Origin: Treponemataceae bacterium
GTDB lineage: Bacteria > Spirochaetota > Spirochaetia > Treponematales > Rectinemataceae
DNA length: 64,000 bases
NCBI GenBank assembly: GCA_963677895.2
Contig: CAXXGJ010000025.1
Coordinates: 256,001 to 320,000, forward strand
Direction: 5' to 3'
Position 1 is the stretch's first letter, and every line of letters begins with the position of its first letter. The notes under the pieces were generated by a model. The model searched no databases. It had not been told where the DNA came from and saw only the letters and a list, made by a program, of their open reading frames with translations. This document shows positions 49,709-60,593 of this stretch, in pieces. Position numbers and translations under genes: made by a program.

Positions 49709-50025
49709 CAGAGCACCTCCCCGCATTTCCGGCACACCCTTTTCTTGGTGTCGCCGTCGATTTTGTATCCGATTTTCACGGGACCACACTTCTTGCATAC
49801 GATCATGACATTGGAAATGTCGATGGCCGCTTCGATCTCGGCGATGCCGCCGCGATCCTGCTGGTTCTTCTTCTTCATGGCTTTCTTGATCATGTTGAGA
49901 CCAGCCACGATGACTCTGCCCTTTTCGCGGTCAATCTTCAGGATCTTGCCCTGCTTACCCTTGTCCTTGCCGGTTATGACCTGGACAAGGTCCTCTTTCC
50001 GGAGCTTGTACTTAACGTCGGCCAT
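49708..50025 (-). CDS. rplX: 50S ribosomal protein L24
   Basis: [17 protein letters not shown], CxxC...CxxC. Confidence 0.97.
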   Translation of the reverse strand: MADVKYKLRKEDLVQVITGKDKGKQGKILKIDREKGRVIVAGLNMIKKAMKKKNQQDRGGIAEIEAAIDISNVMIVCKKCGPVKIGYKIDGDTKKRVCRKCGEVL

Positions 50026-50034
50026 ATCCTCTCC

Positions 50035-50403
50035 TTACAGGACCTCGGGGGCCAGAGAAACGATTTTCATATAATCTTTTTCCCTGAGCTCTCGGGCAAC
50101 CGGTCCGAAGATGCGTTTGCCTTTCGGATTTTTGTTCGCATCGATGACCACGCAAGCGTTGTCGTCGAAACGAATATACGTACCATCAGGGCGCCTGTAT
50201 TCTTTGTGCGTCCTTACAATTACCGCCTTCTCGATCGTGCCCTTCTTTATGGAAGAATTGGGGAGGGCAGATTTTACGGCCACGACGATGATGTCGCCGA
50301 CTGAGGCGTACCTGCGACGCGTACCACCCAGCACTTTAATGCACTGGACAGTCTTCGCGCCCGAGTTGTCAGCGACCGTGAGCATGCTTTCCACTTGAAT
50401 CAT
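50035..50403 (-). CDS. rplN: 50S ribosomal protein L14
   Basis: [26 protein letters not shown]. Confidence 0.98.
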   Translation of the reverse strand: MIQVESMLTVADNSGAKTVQCIKVLGGTRRRYASVGDIIVVAVKSALPNSSIKKGTIEKAVIVRTHKEYRRPDGTYIRFDDNACVVIDANKNPKGKRIFGPVARELREKDYMKIVSLAPEVL

Positions 50404-50420
50404 ATATGTCTCCCGTTCGC

Positions 50421-50693
50421 CTATTTCGCCCGCTCGACGATTTCGATCAATCTCCAGTGTTTGTCGCGGGAAAGGGGTCTGCACTCCTCTACCCTGACCT
50501 TATCACCGATATGAGCCTCGTTCTTTTCGTCGTGCGCCTTCACCTTCTTGGACCTGGTCACGTACTTCTTGTACAGCGGGTGAAGCTTCCGCATCATGAC
50601 TTCGACAACGATGGTCTTATCCATCTTGTCGGACTTCACGACACCCTGAAACACCAGCTTTCCCTTTTTCTCATTCTGAACGTCGGTATCCAC
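50421..50693 (-). CDS. rpsQ: 30S ribosomal protein S17
   Basis: [22 protein letters not shown]. Confidence 0.97.
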   Translation of the reverse strand: MDTDVQNEKKGKLVFQGVVKSDKMDKTIVVEVMMRKLHPLYKKYVTRSKKVKAHDEKNEAHIGDKVRVEECRPLSRDKHWRLIEIVERAK

Positions 50694-50711
50694 GATATTC
50701 TCCTCGGGCCC

Positions 50712-50921
50712 TTACGCCTGTTCGCCGACAGCGGGTGTGCGCTTCGCCTGGTTAATGAGGGTCTCCACGCGCGCGATCTGGCGGCGGATATTCCTCTTTG
50801 CGAGCGGGTTTTCGACATGTCCCACCACCATCTGGAAGCGGAGGTCGAAATACTTCTTCCTGAGGTCCTCGCGCTTGGCGAGAAGCTCCTCGAATTTCAG
50901 CTCTTTAAACGAATTTTTCAT
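50712..50921 (-). CDS. rpmC: 50S ribosomal protein L29
   Basis: FDLRFQ, RRQIARVET. Confidence 0.95.
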   Translation of the reverse strand: MKNSFKELKFEELLAKREDLRKKYFDLRFQMVVGHVENPLAKRNIRRQIARVETLINQAKRTPAVGEQA

Positions 50922-50925
50922 CGTC

Positions 50926-51342
50926 TTACTCCGTTTCCGCGCGCATGGCAAATCTGGTCTTGACCGGAAGCTTCGATCCGGCAAGCCTCATCGCTTCTTC
51001 TGCGATCTTAGGTTCTACGCCGGAAAGTTCGAAGAGAACGGTTCCCGGGCGAACGACCGCGACCCAGTATTCCGGTCCCGGCTTTCCTTTTCCCATACGG
51101 GTTTCAAGGGGGTGCTTGGAAAATGGCTTGTCCGGGAAAATCCTTACCCAGAGCTTGCCGCCTCTCTTGATGTAGCGGTTCAAAGCGACACGGGCCGCTT
51201 CGATCTGCCTGTTGGTGAGCCATTCGGGCTCGAGGCAGATAAGGCCGTATTCGCCAAACGCTATAGTGTTGCCGCGCTGCGCGTTTCCATTCACTCTTCC
51301 GCGCTGCTGCTTCCTGTATTTTACTCTCTTGGGTAAAAGCAT
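50926..51342 (-). CDS. rplP: 50S ribosomal protein L16
   Basis: [24 protein letters not shown]. Confidence 0.98.
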   Translation of the reverse strand: MLLPKRVKYRKQQRGRVNGNAQRGNTIAFGEYGLICLEPEWLTNRQIEAARVALNRYIKRGGKLWVRIFPDKPFSKHPLETRMGKGKPGPEYWVAVVRPGTVLFELSGVEPKIAEEAMRLAGSKLPVKTRFAMRAETE

Positions 51343-51345
51343 ACC

Positions 51346-52149
51346 TTAGCTCCTTGCCCGATCGTCAGTTCTGGGAGCATCGCTGCGGGGTGCAGCGGGG
51401 CGTCGCGGTCGGCGATCTCCGCCTTCCCTTCTCTCGCCCCTCGGTTCCGCCGAAGCGCCGGCCGGTTCTCTCCTGGCTTTGCGCGCAAGCATGCCCGCAT
51501 CTTCGTTCTTGTCGGCCGAGTACACCATGCCCTGATAGATCCAAACCTTCACGCCAATCTTGCCGAAGGTGGTCTGCGATTCCGCGAAACCGTAGTCGAT
51601 GTCGGCGCGGAGGGTATGGAGGGGAATGCGCCCTTCCTTGAGTTCCTCCGTCCTGGACATATCCGCGCCGCCCAAGCGGCCGGAAACGCGGATCTTGCAG
51701 CCCTGGGCTCCGCCCTTGATCGCGTTGGAAATGGACATCTTGAGCGCCTTGCGGAAGGAACCGCGTCCCTCGAGCTGGCGGGCGATATTCTGCGCCACGA
51801 TTTGCGCGTTGGTATCGGTTTTCTTGATTTCCTTGATCTTTATCTGAACCTTTTTGGAGGCGATCTTCTGAATCTCAAGGCCGATTTTTTCTATGTTCGC
51901 GCCCTTGATGCCAATAAGCACACCGGGTCTCGCGGTATGGATAATGACGGTAATGCGCTGCGGATGGCGAATGATCTCGATTTCGGCCACGTCGGCGCCC
52001 TTTACCTCGGGCAGTTCAAGAATGCGCTTGCGGATATGAAGATCCTCATGGAGGGTCTTGGCATAATCGCGCGGCTCAACATACCACCTGGAACTCCAGT
52101 CTTTGTTGATTCCGATGCGCAGTCCGATTGGATTTACTTTATTGCCCAC
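51346..52149 (-). CDS. rpsC: 30S ribosomal protein S3
   Basis: [27 protein letters not shown]; Arg-rich C-tail. Confidence 0.98.
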   Translation of the reverse strand: MGNKVNPIGLRIGINKDWSSRWYVEPRDYAKTLHEDLHIRKRILELPEVKGADVAEIEIIRHPQRITVIIHTARPGVLIGIKGANIEKIGLEIQKIASKKVQIKIKEIKKTDTNAQIVAQNIARQLEGRGSFRKALKMSISNAIKGGAQGCKIRVSGRLGGADMSRTEELKEGRIPLHTLRADIDYGFAESQTTFGKIGVKVWIYQGMVYSADKNEDAGMLARKARREPAGASAEPRGERREGGDRRPRRPAAPRSDAPRTDDRARS

Positions 52150-52150
52150 C

Positions 52151-52516
52151 TTACGCCTCCGACTTCTTGCCGATTTCTTCGACTACGCAGGTAATATGGC
52201 ACATCCTCTTGATGAGCATATCAGCCCTGCCGCGAGCGCGGAACCAAACCCTGCGCATCTTCGGACCTTCGTCGATCCTCAGCTCCTTGACGTAAAGCAT
52301 GTCTTCGCCGAGCTTGCGGTTTTTGTTGAGCGCGTTGGACGCAGCAGATACCATAACTTTCTTGATGAGCCTGGCGCCCTTCTGCGGCATATTGTCGAGA
52401 ATGGCTATGGCATCGGTGTAGGGCTTCTCCCTTATAAGATCCGCCACTGGGCGAATCTTGAAAGGCGATCCCATGAGCCATTTTGCCGTTGCTCGGTAAC
52501 CGGTCTTTTCAATCAT
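52151..52516 (-). CDS. rplV: 50S ribosomal protein L22
   Basis: [23 protein letters not shown]. Confidence 0.97.
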   Translation of the reverse strand: MIEKTGYRATAKWLMGSPFKIRPVADLIREKPYTDAIAILDNMPQKGARLIKKVMVSAASNALNKNRKLGEDMLYVKELRIDEGPKMRRVWFRARGRADMLIKRMCHITCVVEEIGKKSEA

Positions 52517-52526
52517 GGTCACACCC

Positions 52527-52808
52527 CTATTTCTTCTCGGCTTTTTTGTCGCTTCCCGCATGACCGCGGAAAATCCTGGTGGGAGCGAACTCGCCGAGCT
52601 TGTGACCGACCAGGTTCTCGGTCACATAGACCGGGACCCACGTCTTGCCGTTATATACTGAGATTGTCTGTCCGACCATTTCAGGAATGATCGTCGAAGT
52701 CCTGGAGTAGGTCTTCACCATTTTCTTGTCTCCGGACTTGCTTCCCTCAGTCACTTTCTTGTACAGGCTCTTCTCGATGAAGGGCCCCTTCTTTACGGAC
52801 CTTGACAC
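52527..52808 (-). CDS. rpsS: 30S ribosomal protein S19
   Basis: [23 protein letters not shown] start. Confidence 0.97.
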   Translation of the reverse strand: MSRSVKKGPFIEKSLYKKVTEGSKSGDKKMVKTYSRTSTIIPEMVGQTISVYNGKTWVPVYVTENLVGHKLGEFAPTRIFRGHAGSDKKAEKK

Positions 52809-52821
52809 GAGTGTGCTCCTC

Positions 52822-53652
52822 TTACTTGCGGCGCTTCGTGATGAAGCGGCCAGACGGCTTGTGCGTATCGCGCGTCTTGTAACCTTTCGCCGGCTGTCCC
52901 CATGGAGACACAGGCTGCTTGAATCCCTTACCACGACCCTCACCACCGCCATGCGGGTGATCGACAGGGTTCATGACCGTACCGCGGACCGTGGGCCTGA
53001 TGCCCCTCCACCTGTTACGGCCGGCCTTGCCGACACGCTCGTTCATGTGCTCTTCGTTACCGACGGTTCCGATGGTGGCGATGCATTTCTTGAACACCAT
53101 GCGAAGCTCGCCGGAAGGCAGCCTGAGGACGATATAATCGCCTTCGATACCGGCCAGGAGAGCGTTGGCTCCGGCTGAACGGGCAAGCTGCCCGCCCTTG
53201 CCGAGGGTGAGCTCGACGTTATGCACCGTGAAGCCCAACGGGATGTTCTCCAAAGGAAGCGCGTTGCCTACTTCGAGAGCGGCCGTCGGGCCGGACATGA
53301 TCTTCTGTCCGACCTTGAGTCCTTTCGGGCTGATGATGTAGCGCTTCTCGCCGTCCGCATAGACCACGAGGGCGATGTTGGAGCTTCGGTTGGGATCATA
53401 TTCGATGCCGGAGACGGTGCCAGGGATTCCAAACTTGTCGCGTTTGAAATCGATGACCCTGTACTTCTGCTTATGACCGCCGCCCTGATGTCGAACGGAG
53501 ATGCGCCCGTTGGAAGCGCGTCCGCCCCTGCTCGACTTACCCTTGGTAAGGGATTTTTCGGGATTGCTCCGATTCTCGGTAATTTCTTCGTTCGTCACCT
53601 GTACCCGGTGACGCAGACCCGGCGTTAAGGGTCTGAAAGTCTTAATACCCAT
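52822..53652 (-). CDS. rplB: 50S ribosomal protein L2
   Basis: [20 protein letters not shown]. Confidence 0.98.
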   Translation of the reverse strand: MGIKTFRPLTPGLRHRVQVTNEEITENRSNPEKSLTKGKSSRGGRASNGRISVRHQGGGHKQKYRVIDFKRDKFGIPGTVSGIEYDPNRSSNIALVVYADGEKRYIISPKGLKVGQKIMSGPTAALEVGNALPLENIPLGFTVHNVELTLGKGGQLARSAGANALLAGIEGDYIVLRLPSGELRMVFKKCIATIGTVGNEEHMNERVGKAGRNRWRGIRPTVRGTVMNPVDHPHGGGEGRGKGFKQPVSPWGQPAKGYKTRDTHKPSGRFITKRRK

Positions 53653-53669
53653 ATATTCCCCTTACTTCC

Positions 53670-53954
53670 TTACGCGCCTTCAAAAACACGGATCGTCTCG
53701 CCCTTCGGGAGCCTGACGATCGCTTTTTTCCATTCGGCGGTGTTTCCGGGCCGACCCCTAAGACGCTTCGGCTTAGAAGCGACATTGATGATGTTGCAGC
53801 TGACGGGGTTGACCTTGAAGATCCTCCGCACGGCTTCCATCACCATGAGCTTGTCGGCTCGCGAATCTACCTTGAAAACATACTGGCCAGTCTCACGCAT
53901 GAGATTGCTCTTTTCGGAGAGCACCGGCTCGATCAAAATCGACTCATATACCAT
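53670..53954 (-). CDS. rplW: 50S ribosomal protein L23
   Basis: PVLSEKS, WKKAIVRL. Confidence 0.97.
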   Translation of the reverse strand: MVYESILIEPVLSEKSNLMRETGQYVFKVDSRADKLMVMEAVRRIFKVNPVSCNIINVASKPKRLRGRPGNTAEWKKAIVRLPKGETIRVFEGA

Positions 53955-53969
53955 TTTCGGTGCTCCTTA

Positions 53970-54602
53970 TCAGTTCGCGTAGAACTCGTTGAGCTGCTTC
54001 GCGGCCGACTCTAGGACGACGACCTTCCTTCCGTAGAAGAGATCGTGGGCCCTGAGCCTGTTGAACGAGAGGTAACTCAGCCACGGGATGTTCCGCGCGG
54101 CTCTCTTGAGCATGGGATCGTCATCCTTGAGGATGATGATCGTTCTCTGAGGAGCCTTGGCATCCACGAAGGGCGAGAGCGCCTTGATGAGATCCTTGGT
54201 TCTTCCTGACTCGACGGTGAAATCTTCAACCACCGCCAGAGTGCCGTCCTGGGCTTTCATGCTGAGAATCGTCTTCATCGCCAGGCGTTTCGCCTTGCGG
54301 GGCATCATGTAGGAGAAGTCGCGCGGCTTGGGGCCGAACGAGATACCGCCGCCCACGTACACGTTGGATTTCGTGTCGCCGTGGCGGGCGCGTCCGGTGC
54401 CTTTCTGGCTGTAGGGCCTTCTGTTGGTACCGTGAACTTCGCTCCTGTCCTTGGTGCTTGCCGTTCCGAGCCTCATGTTGGCGAGCTCGTTGTTGATGGC
54501 GTAATAGATTACATCTTCATTGATGGGAAGCCCGAAGACGGCTTCGGAAAGCTCAAGAGTCCTGAGCTCCTTCCCCTCGGTGGAAACAACTTTACTTTCC
54601 AT
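53970..54602 (-). CDS. rplD: 50S ribosomal protein L4
   Basis: [21 protein letters not shown]. Confidence 0.97.
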   Translation of the reverse strand: MESKVVSTEGKELRTLELSEAVFGLPINEDVIYYAINNELANMRLGTASTKDRSEVHGTNRRPYSQKGTGRARHGDTKSNVYVGGGISFGPKPRDFSYMMPRKAKRLAMKTILSMKAQDGTLAVVEDFTVESGRTKDLIKALSPFVDAKAPQRTIIILKDDDPMLKRAARNIPWLSYLSFNRLRAHDLFYGRKVVVLESAAKQLNEFYAN

Positions 54603-54616
54603 TGGGTCCTCCGCCT

Positions 54617-55240
54617 TCAGTTCTTCTTGATCGCTTTACGAACAAGAACATCGCAATTGCGCGGGCCCGGAAGAGCACCGCGTACCAAAACAAAACCTTT
54701 CTCGGCGTCGACACGGACAACCCTGAGATTCAAGACCGTCACACGCTCGCGTCCCATCCTTCCCGGGAGCTTGATATTCTTGAAGCTCTTGTGGGGGTAG
54801 GTACTCTGGCCAGTGGAACCCGGCTCTCTGTGGAACTTGGATCCGTGAGTGCTGCGGCCGCCGGCAAAATTCCAGCGCTTCATGACGCCCTGAAATCCCT
54901 TACCTTTGGAAGTGGCCGTTACATCGACATAGCGGATGCCTTCGAGAACCGCCACGTCCAGCTTTTCGCCGACCTGTACGTCTTTCTCGAAATCGCGCAT
55001 CTCGCGAAGAATCCTGGTGGGAGCGATGCCTTCGGCGAACTGACCGCCGTAGGGCTTCGTGACCCTCGTCTTCTTCTTCTCGTAGACGCCGACGACGATC
55101 GCGTCGTAGCCATCCTTGTCGGTGGTTTTCTTTCCAACGACGACGTTGGGCACAACCTGCACGACCGTTACGGGAATTAGTTTCCCCGTATCGTCGAACA
55201 CCTGGGTCATCCCAAGCTTTTTACCGATTATTCCGATCAT
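54617..55240 (-). CDS. rplC: 50S ribosomal protein L3
   Basis: KLGMTQVF, SKGKGFQG, HREPGS. Confidence 0.98.
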   Translation of the reverse strand: MIGIIGKKLGMTQVFDDTGKLIPVTVVQVVPNVVVGKKTTDKDGYDAIVVGVYEKKKTRVTKPYGGQFAEGIAPTRILREMRDFEKDVQVGEKLDVAVLEGIRYVDVTATSKGKGFQGVMKRWNFAGGRSTHGSKFHREPGSTGQSTYPHKSFKNIKLPGRMGRERVTVLNLRVVRVDAEKGFVLVRGALPGPRNCDVLVRKAIKKN

Positions 55241-55309
55241 TCGGTTCTCCTGCGTTGAACGCAGCCGGCACTAAGCCGGGCGTTTCGGCATTTCAGCGAG
55301 CGAATTCGC

Positions 55310-55615
55310 TCACTGTTTGATCTCGACATCCACACCCGCGGGAAGTTCAAGCTTCATCAGGGCGTCCATGACTTCGGGAGTGGGTTCCAGAATGTCGATC
55401 AGGCGCTTGTGCGTCCTCATCTCAAACTGTTCCCTGCTTTTCTTGTGCACATGCGGCGATCTCAGCACGGTATACTTACTGATTTTCGTCGGAAGGGGAA
55501 TCGGGCCCGAAACGCGCGCACCGGCGCCCTGGACCGTCTTCACGATACCGCTCGCGCTGTCATCGACAAGGCGCACATCGAAGCCTCTCAGCCTTACACG
55601 GATTCTGTCTTTCAT
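55310..55615 (-). CDS. rpsJ: 30S ribosomal protein S10
   Basis: [20 protein letters not shown]. Confidence 0.98.
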   Translation of the reverse strand: MKDRIRVRLRGFDVRLVDDSASGIVKTVQGAGARVSGPIPLPTKISKYTVLRSPHVHKKSREQFEMRTHKRLIDILEPTPEVMDALMKLELPAGVDVEIKQ

Positions 55616-55785
55616 GTGTCCTCCAAAGATCTCTTGCACATACGATTCCGGGCCGTACCCTGGCGGGCGCGCTCGATTCCATGTGCGGCGAGGCACAAGA
55701 GCCTCGCGGACCGCAGGGTTTCAGCCCATGCAGTCAAATACCCGCCCGCGGAAAAACATCACGCGAGCAGGTTATTATCGCAGAA

Positions 55786-55830
55786 TACAAATGGGCTGTC
55801 CAGTACCCAAAGGGGAAGGACAGCCCATTT
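55786..55830 (-). terminator. Terminator-like hairpin after tuf
   Basis: 12-bp stem AATGGGCTGTCC/GGACAGCCCATT with weak T-rich tail. Confidence 0.6.
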
Positions 55831-55839
55831 TAAAACTTA

Positions 55840-57030
55840 TCAGACAGTTACTTCGACTACCTGTCCGGAAGCGACCGTGTGGCCGCCCTCGCGGATGGCG
55901 AACTTCAGTCCCTTTTCCATGGCGATCGGGTAGATCAGCTCTACGTTGATCGGCGTGTTGTCGCCAGGCATGACCATTTCCTTGCCTTCAGGCAGGGTCA
56001 CGGTGCCGGTGATATCGGTCGTCCTGAAGTAGAACTGGGGTCTGTAACCGGAGAAGAACGGGCTATGGCGTCCGCCTTCAGCCTGGTTCAGTACGTAGAC
56101 CTGGCCAGTGAACTTGGTGTGCGGGTGGATGGTGCCCGGCTTGGCGAGAACCTGTCCGCGCTCGACTTCTTTCTTGTCCACGCCGCGAAGCAGGGTGCCG
56201 ACGTTGTCGCCAGCGCGGCCTTCGTCGAGAAGCTTGTTGAACATTTCAATGCCGGTTACGACGGTGGACTTGTTCGGCTTGATGCCGACGATGTCTACGG
56301 TGTCGTTGAGCTTGACGATTCCGCGCTCGATACGGCCGGTGACGACGGTACCACGACCGGAAATGGAGAAGACGTCCTCAATGGGCATCAGGAAGGGCTT
56401 GTCGGTAAGGCGCACGGGATCAGGGAAGAAGGTGTCCATGGCGTCGAGAAGCTCCTGGATGCAGCCGGTGACTTCGGGATTGTCAGGCTCGGTCATCGCC
56501 TTGAAGGCGGAGCCTTTGATGATCGGAGTAACGTCGCCGGGGAATCCGTAGAAATTGAGAAGATCGCGGATTTCTTCCTCGACCAGCTCGATGAGTTCGG
56601 GATCGTCAACGAGGTCGACCTTGTTAAGGAACACGAGGACGGAAGGAACGCCGACCTGGCGGGCGAGCAGGACGTGCTCACGGGTCTGGGGCATTACCGA
56701 GTCCGGCGCGGAAACGACCAGGACAGCGCCATCCATCTGCGCGGCGCCGGTGATCATGTTCTTGATATAGTCGGCATGTCCCGGGCAGTCGATATGCGCA
56801 TAGTGGCGCTTCTGGGACTGATACTCGAGGTGTCGAGTATTGATGGTGATACCACGTGCTTTTTCCTCTGGCGCATTGTCGATATCATCGTACTTCATCA
56901 CCTTGTCGCCGAATTTGTGGCCGCAGTACATGGTGATGGCTGCGCTCAGGGTTGTCTTTCCGTGGTCGATGTGTCCGATCGTACCGACGTTCATGTGCGG
57001 CTTGGTACGTTCGAATTTCTCTTTGGCCAT
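55840..57030 (-). CDS. tuf: Elongation factor Tu
   Basis: [37 protein letters not shown]. Confidence 0.99.
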   Translation of the reverse strand: MAKEKFERTKPHMNVGTIGHIDHGKTTLSAAITMYCGHKFGDKVMKYDDIDNAPEEKARGITINTRHLEYQSQKRHYAHIDCPGHADYIKNMITGAAQMDGAVLVVSAPDSVMPQTREHVLLARQVGVPSVLVFLNKVDLVDDPELIELVEEEIRDLLNFYGFPGDVTPIIKGSAFKAMTEPDNPEVTGCIQELLDAMDTFFPDPVRLTDKPFLMPIEDVFSISGRGTVVTGRIERGIVKLNDTVDIVGIKPNKSTVVTGIEMFNKLLDEGRAGDNVGTLLRGVDKKEVERGQVLAKPGTIHPHTKFTGQVYVLNQAEGGRHSPFFSGYRPQFYFRTTDITGTVTLPEGKEMVMPGDNTPINVELIYPIAMEKGLKFAIREGGHTVASGQVVEVTV

Positions 57031-57158
57031 ATCTAATTCCTCCTTGGCTTCGTCACCGGCTCTTCACGCAAAAACGCGGATGCCGCATGAAGATAGTCCG
57101 CCGGCATCAAAGCCGCCGGATCCTAATGCCATGAATATTCTTTTGTTAAGGCTTTCGG

Positions 57159-57187
57159 ATTATAAAAGAACTTCCAACGGTGATCAA
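57159..57187 (-). promoter_or_regulatory. Near-consensus sigma70 promoter for tuf
   Basis: TTGATC-N17-TATAAT. Confidence 0.8.
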
Positions 57188-57231
57188 GAGGCTACCGTTG
57201 AGATTGGCGGTTTTTCCCTATTTTTTAATGG

Positions 57232-59319
57232 CTAAAAGGGTTGCCGCAGGGTTTCATAGCTTTTAAAGCGCGCCTGGAACTGCGCCCGCCCCCTGCTCAT
57301 GGACCTCAATTCGCCCGCGAAACCGAAAAGACCGCGCATTGGCGCCTGAGCAGAGATCGTTTTCCGCCCTACCCCGTCCTCCACCGATTCTATCCGTCCG
57401 CCTCGGGTGGATATGGCGTTCAGGACGGGACCGAAGTGTTCTTCGGGGCATTCTATGTCGATTTGCATGATCGGTTCCAGTATTTCGGAGCCGGCTTCGA
57501 GCAGGGCCCGCCGCGCGGCCATGGCCGTGGCCGCCTCCACCGCGGTCTCCCCGTTTCGGCCGGTGCCGCCGGGAGGCGGAACCAGATTGACGATGGCGAC
57601 GCGTACCGCTTCCATCGGCCAACCCTGCAGGGGTCCCACGGATATGGCCGATTCGGCGCCGCGGCGGGCCGCGGCCATGAACTGGGGCTGAAGCCTCAGT
57701 CCCGGGGCGCTGGTCACTTCGTTATCCGTCCCGTCCCCCCCGGACCGGACCGTGATTTCGACAGAAACTCTTATTCTTTCGCCGCCGAAATCGTGATCGA
57801 AATCTTCCTTTACGGTAGCCTGCCGAACGAGCCTTTCCCGACAGTTGACCCGGGGGTTGCCCGTCCTTATATGAAGGCCGAATTCACGCCTCAGTCTTTC
57901 GGCGACGATGTCCAGGTGCAGTTCCCCCTGGCCTGAGACCTCGAATCGGCCGGTTTCCCTTTCCTCCCTGACACCGAGGGACAGATCCTCGACCGCGAGG
58001 GATTCTAGGGCTTGCCGGATCGCGGCGACGTCCTGGGCGCTGTTGGGTTCCATGATCTGGCTGACGACGGGTTCGGGGATTTCCAGAGGCTCGAAGAGTA
58101 TCGGGAAGGAACGTTCGCAGAGGCTGGCGCCCGGTTCCAGTCCCGCCGTCTTCAACGCCACGACTTCCCCCGCCCCGGCTTCCTTGAGTTCGGTGAGCGA
58201 TTCGGCGTGTATGCCGAATATTTTTTTGACGATTATGTCCTTGGATGAGCGGGCCTCGAACACCTTGCGTCCGGCATGGAGGGTACCCGACCATATTCTC
58301 GTCCAGGCGTAGTTGTCGCCCGCGCTATCGCGCAGCGTCTTGAAGACGAAGGCGGCGAGGTGGTTTTTTTCGTCGGGCTGTATCATCAGCGCGGTTTGGG
58401 TTCCGGGATTTGTTCCCGCGGGGACTTTCGCCTCGGCCGGCGATGGCAGAAGGGCGATTACGGCGTCCAGGAGAAAGCCTACGGAGCAGTCAACGAAGGC
58501 GGAGCCGCAGAGGACGGGGACGATGCCGCAGGTTTTCACCGCGCGGGAAGCGGCGCGCGCGAGCAGTTCGGGCGGGACTTCCTGGTTGGAGGCGTAGAAG
58601 GCGAGGACTTCTTCGTCCCGCTCCGCGAGTTTTTCAAGGAGGAGGGCGCGCGCGGCGAGCGCTGCAGTCTTCGAAGAAGCAAAGAGGGCAGCTTGGGCGA
58701 GGGGCAGGGTATCGCTGCAATCCGCCGATTCGAGATTCTCGTCACCGCTAAAGTAATGGGGTTCCATGCTGATCAGGTCGACGATGCCGAGCCATTTGCG
58801 TCCCTCGAAGATCGGGCTCTGGATGGCGACGGCATCGGGCTCAAGCATGGCGCGCAGATCCTGGACAACACCCAAAAAGTCGGCACCTGTCCTGTCCATC
58901 TTGTTTATGAAGTAGAGGCGCGGTAGTTTTCTGTCGGCGGCGGCCTTCGCGATGACCTCAGTGCGGGCCTGTACGCCAGACACGGCGCAGAGGGCGATGA
59001 CGGCGCCGTCGAGAATCCTGAGCGCCCTGTCGACTTCGTTTCCAAAATCCACATGGCCGGGAGTATCGATGAGGTGGACAGCCCTCCCCCTCCAGTCGAA
59101 GCGCACGGCGGCCGATTTTACCGTTATTCCATGAAGCCTTTCGACGGCCAGATAGTCCGTGGCCGTGGTTCCGTCGTCCACGGCGCCCGCTTCCCTTCTC
59201 AAGCCCGCGAGGAAAAGCATTTTTTCCGTGATAGAGGTTTTCCCGGCATCGACATGGGCGAGTACGCCTATGTTTCTTATGCTCTCCATGCCAACGGCGG
59301 AAGGCGGCGAAGCGTTCAT
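57232..59319 (-). CDS. Divergent elongation factor G paralogue (EF-G2-like)
   Basis: AHVDAGKTS, HGITV, DTPGHVDF, NKMD, GSAF, GQGELHLDI, ILEPIM; domain IV loops non-canonical. Confidence 0.85.
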   Translation of the reverse strand: MNASPPSAVGMESIRNIGVLAHVDAGKTSITEKMLFLAGLRREAGAVDDGTTATDYLAVERLHGITVKSAAVRFDWRGRAVHLIDTPGHVDFGNEVDRALRILDGAVIALCAVSGVQARTEVIAKAAADRKLPRLYFINKMDRTGADFLGVVQDLRAMLEPDAVAIQSPIFEGRKWLGIVDLISMEPHYFSGDENLESADCSDTLPLAQAALFASSKTAALAARALLLEKLAERDEEVLAFYASNQEVPPELLARAASRAVKTCGIVPVLCGSAFVDCSVGFLLDAVIALLPSPAEAKVPAGTNPGTQTALMIQPDEKNHLAAFVFKTLRDSAGDNYAWTRIWSGTLHAGRKVFEARSSKDIIVKKIFGIHAESLTELKEAGAGEVVALKTAGLEPGASLCERSFPILFEPLEIPEPVVSQIMEPNSAQDVAAIRQALESLAVEDLSLGVREERETGRFEVSGQGELHLDIVAERLRREFGLHIRTGNPRVNCRERLVRQATVKEDFDHDFGGERIRVSVEITVRSGGDGTDNEVTSAPGLRLQPQFMAAARRGAESAISVGPLQGWPMEAVRVAIVNLVPPPGGTGRNGETAVEAATAMAARRALLEAGSEILEPIMQIDIECPEEHFGPVLNAISTRGGRIESVEDGVGRKTISAQAPMRGLFGFAGELRSMSRGRAQFQARFKSYETLRQPF

Positions 59320-59350
59320 GATGTTTTAGTATAGATCGGATGTATTCAAT

Positions 59351-59375
59351 AAAAAAGCCGCCCGAAGGACGGCTT
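59351..59375 (-). terminator. Second intrinsic terminator downstream of rpsG
   Basis: AAGCCGTCC-TTCG-GGCGGCTT then T-run. Confidence 0.8.
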
Positions 59376-59396
59376 GCACTGCTTGGAAAGGGCGAC

Positions 59397-59476
59397 GCTT
59401 ATGGCCAACGCTCGCCTGCGGCTCGCTATGGCCACGCGCGCGGTAGCGCGCGAGAGCGAACAAAGCGTTCATAAGC
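59397..59476. repeat. 80-nt imperfect palindromic element between twin terminators
   Basis: GCTTATG/CATAAGC, AACGCT/AGCGTT, TCGCT/AGCGA, CGCGCGC-GGTA-GCGCGCG nested arms. Confidence 0.65.
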
Positions 59477-59480
59477 CAAT

Positions 59481-59506
59481 AAAAAAGCCCCGCATAGCGG
59501 GGCTTT
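59481..59506 (-). terminator. First intrinsic terminator after rpsG
   Basis: AAAGCCCCGC-TAT-GCGGGGCTTT then T-run. Confidence 0.85.
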
Positions 59507-59522
59507 AATTGTTAAAGTTCGA

Positions 59523-59993
59523 CTACCACTTATAGTGAGCGAACGCTTTGTTCGCTTCAGCCATTTTGTGCATGTCTTCTTTCTTCTTGATGGCGGTGCC
59601 GGTGCCGTTGAAGGCATCGAGCATCTCATCGGCGAGCTTCTCAGGCATGGCCTTGCCGCTGCGGGCGCGGCTGGCGTTGATGAGCCAGCGCATGGCCAGA
59701 GCCTCGCGCCTGGAGTCGCGAATCTCGATGGGGACCTGATAGGTCGCACCACCGACGCGTCGGGACTTTACCTCGACGGCGGGCTTGGCATTCTCGAGCG
59801 CCTTGGTGAAAACGTCGAGCGCCGGAACGCCGGCTTTCTGCTGCATGATTTCGAGAGCGTCGTACATGATGCGCGTGCAAGTGGATTTCTTGCCCTGAAT
59901 CATCATTCTGCAGACGAACTTGGTGATGCTGACGGAATTGTACTTCGTATCGGGCGCGTGGCCGCGATCGATGGATTTCTTTTTTCTGCCCAT
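59523..59993 (-). CDS. rpsG: 30S ribosomal protein S7
   Basis: EVKSRRVGGATYQVP, HKMAEANKAFAHY. Confidence 0.98.
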   Translation of the reverse strand: MGRKKKSIDRGHAPDTKYNSVSITKFVCRMMIQGKKSTCTRIMYDALEIMQQKAGVPALDVFTKALENAKPAVEVKSRRVGGATYQVPIEIRDSRREALAMRWLINASRARSGKAMPEKLADEMLDAFNGTGTAIKKKEDMHKMAEANKAFAHYKW

Positions 59994-60010
59994 TTATTTC
60001 GCCTCTTTCC

Positions 60011-60385
60011 TTACGCCTTGGGCTTTTTGGCACCGTATTTGGAACGAGCCTTCTTGCGGTCTTCGACGCCGAGCGTATCTTTGGCACCGCGGATGATGTG
60101 GTAGCGCACACCAGGAAGGTCCTTTACACGGCCTCCCCTGACGAGCACGACGGAGTGTTCCTGAAGGTTGTGGCCTACACCCGGGATATAAGCGGTAACT
60201 TCGATACCGTTCGTTAAGCGCACGCGCGCGACTTTTCGCAAAGCCGAGTTAGGCTTCTTGGGCGTAACGGTCATGACGCGGGTGCAGACGCCGCGACGCT
60301 GTGGGCACTCATTCAGTGCCGGGGCTTTGGTCCGCCATGTGTTTGTCTTTCTGCCATTGCGGATAAGCTGGTTGATCGTCGGCAT
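60011..60385 (-). CDS. rpsL: 30S ribosomal protein S12
   Basis: [29 protein letters not shown]. Confidence 0.99.
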   Translation of the reverse strand: MPTINQLIRNGRKTNTWRTKAPALNECPQRRGVCTRVMTVTPKKPNSALRKVARVRLTNGIEVTAYIPGVGHNLQEHSVVLVRGGRVKDLPGVRYHIIRGAKDTLGVEDRKKARSKYGAKKPKA

Positions 60386-60498
60386 ATATGCTCTAGACTC
60401 CCTTATGTGGTCGCTTGCGCGTCAGCATCGCGCGGACCAGTTTCATTAATCGCGGGTTCAGAAAGCCGGAAAGTGCGGTGGCGCTTCCCAGGCGATCC

Positions 60499-60528
60499 AA
60501 GATACCCCTATAGATCAATCATTGTCAA
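60499..60528 (-). promoter_or_regulatory. sigma70-like promoter for rpsL
   Basis: TTGACA-N18-TATCTT. Confidence 0.6.
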
Positions 60529-60593
60529 TACCGGCACCCGATCGATTTCCGGATGCCGGATCCTAAAACCCATACGTCCCGAGGGGGACTAAC

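Noticed and set aside
57031..57155. Structured tuf leader as a possible tRNA
   Set aside because: No T-loop GTTCRA or cloverleaf; just leader hairpins
57232..59319. TetM/TetO ribosomal protection protein or pseudogene
   Set aside because: Intact 695-aa frame at the fus position with EF-G-like G' domain length; no mobile-element context
59401..59508. 35-codon plus-strand ORF (MANARLRLAM...) with SD-like GGAAAGG
   Set aside because: Runs through palindromic and terminator sequence antisense to the operon; no promoter or coding signal seen
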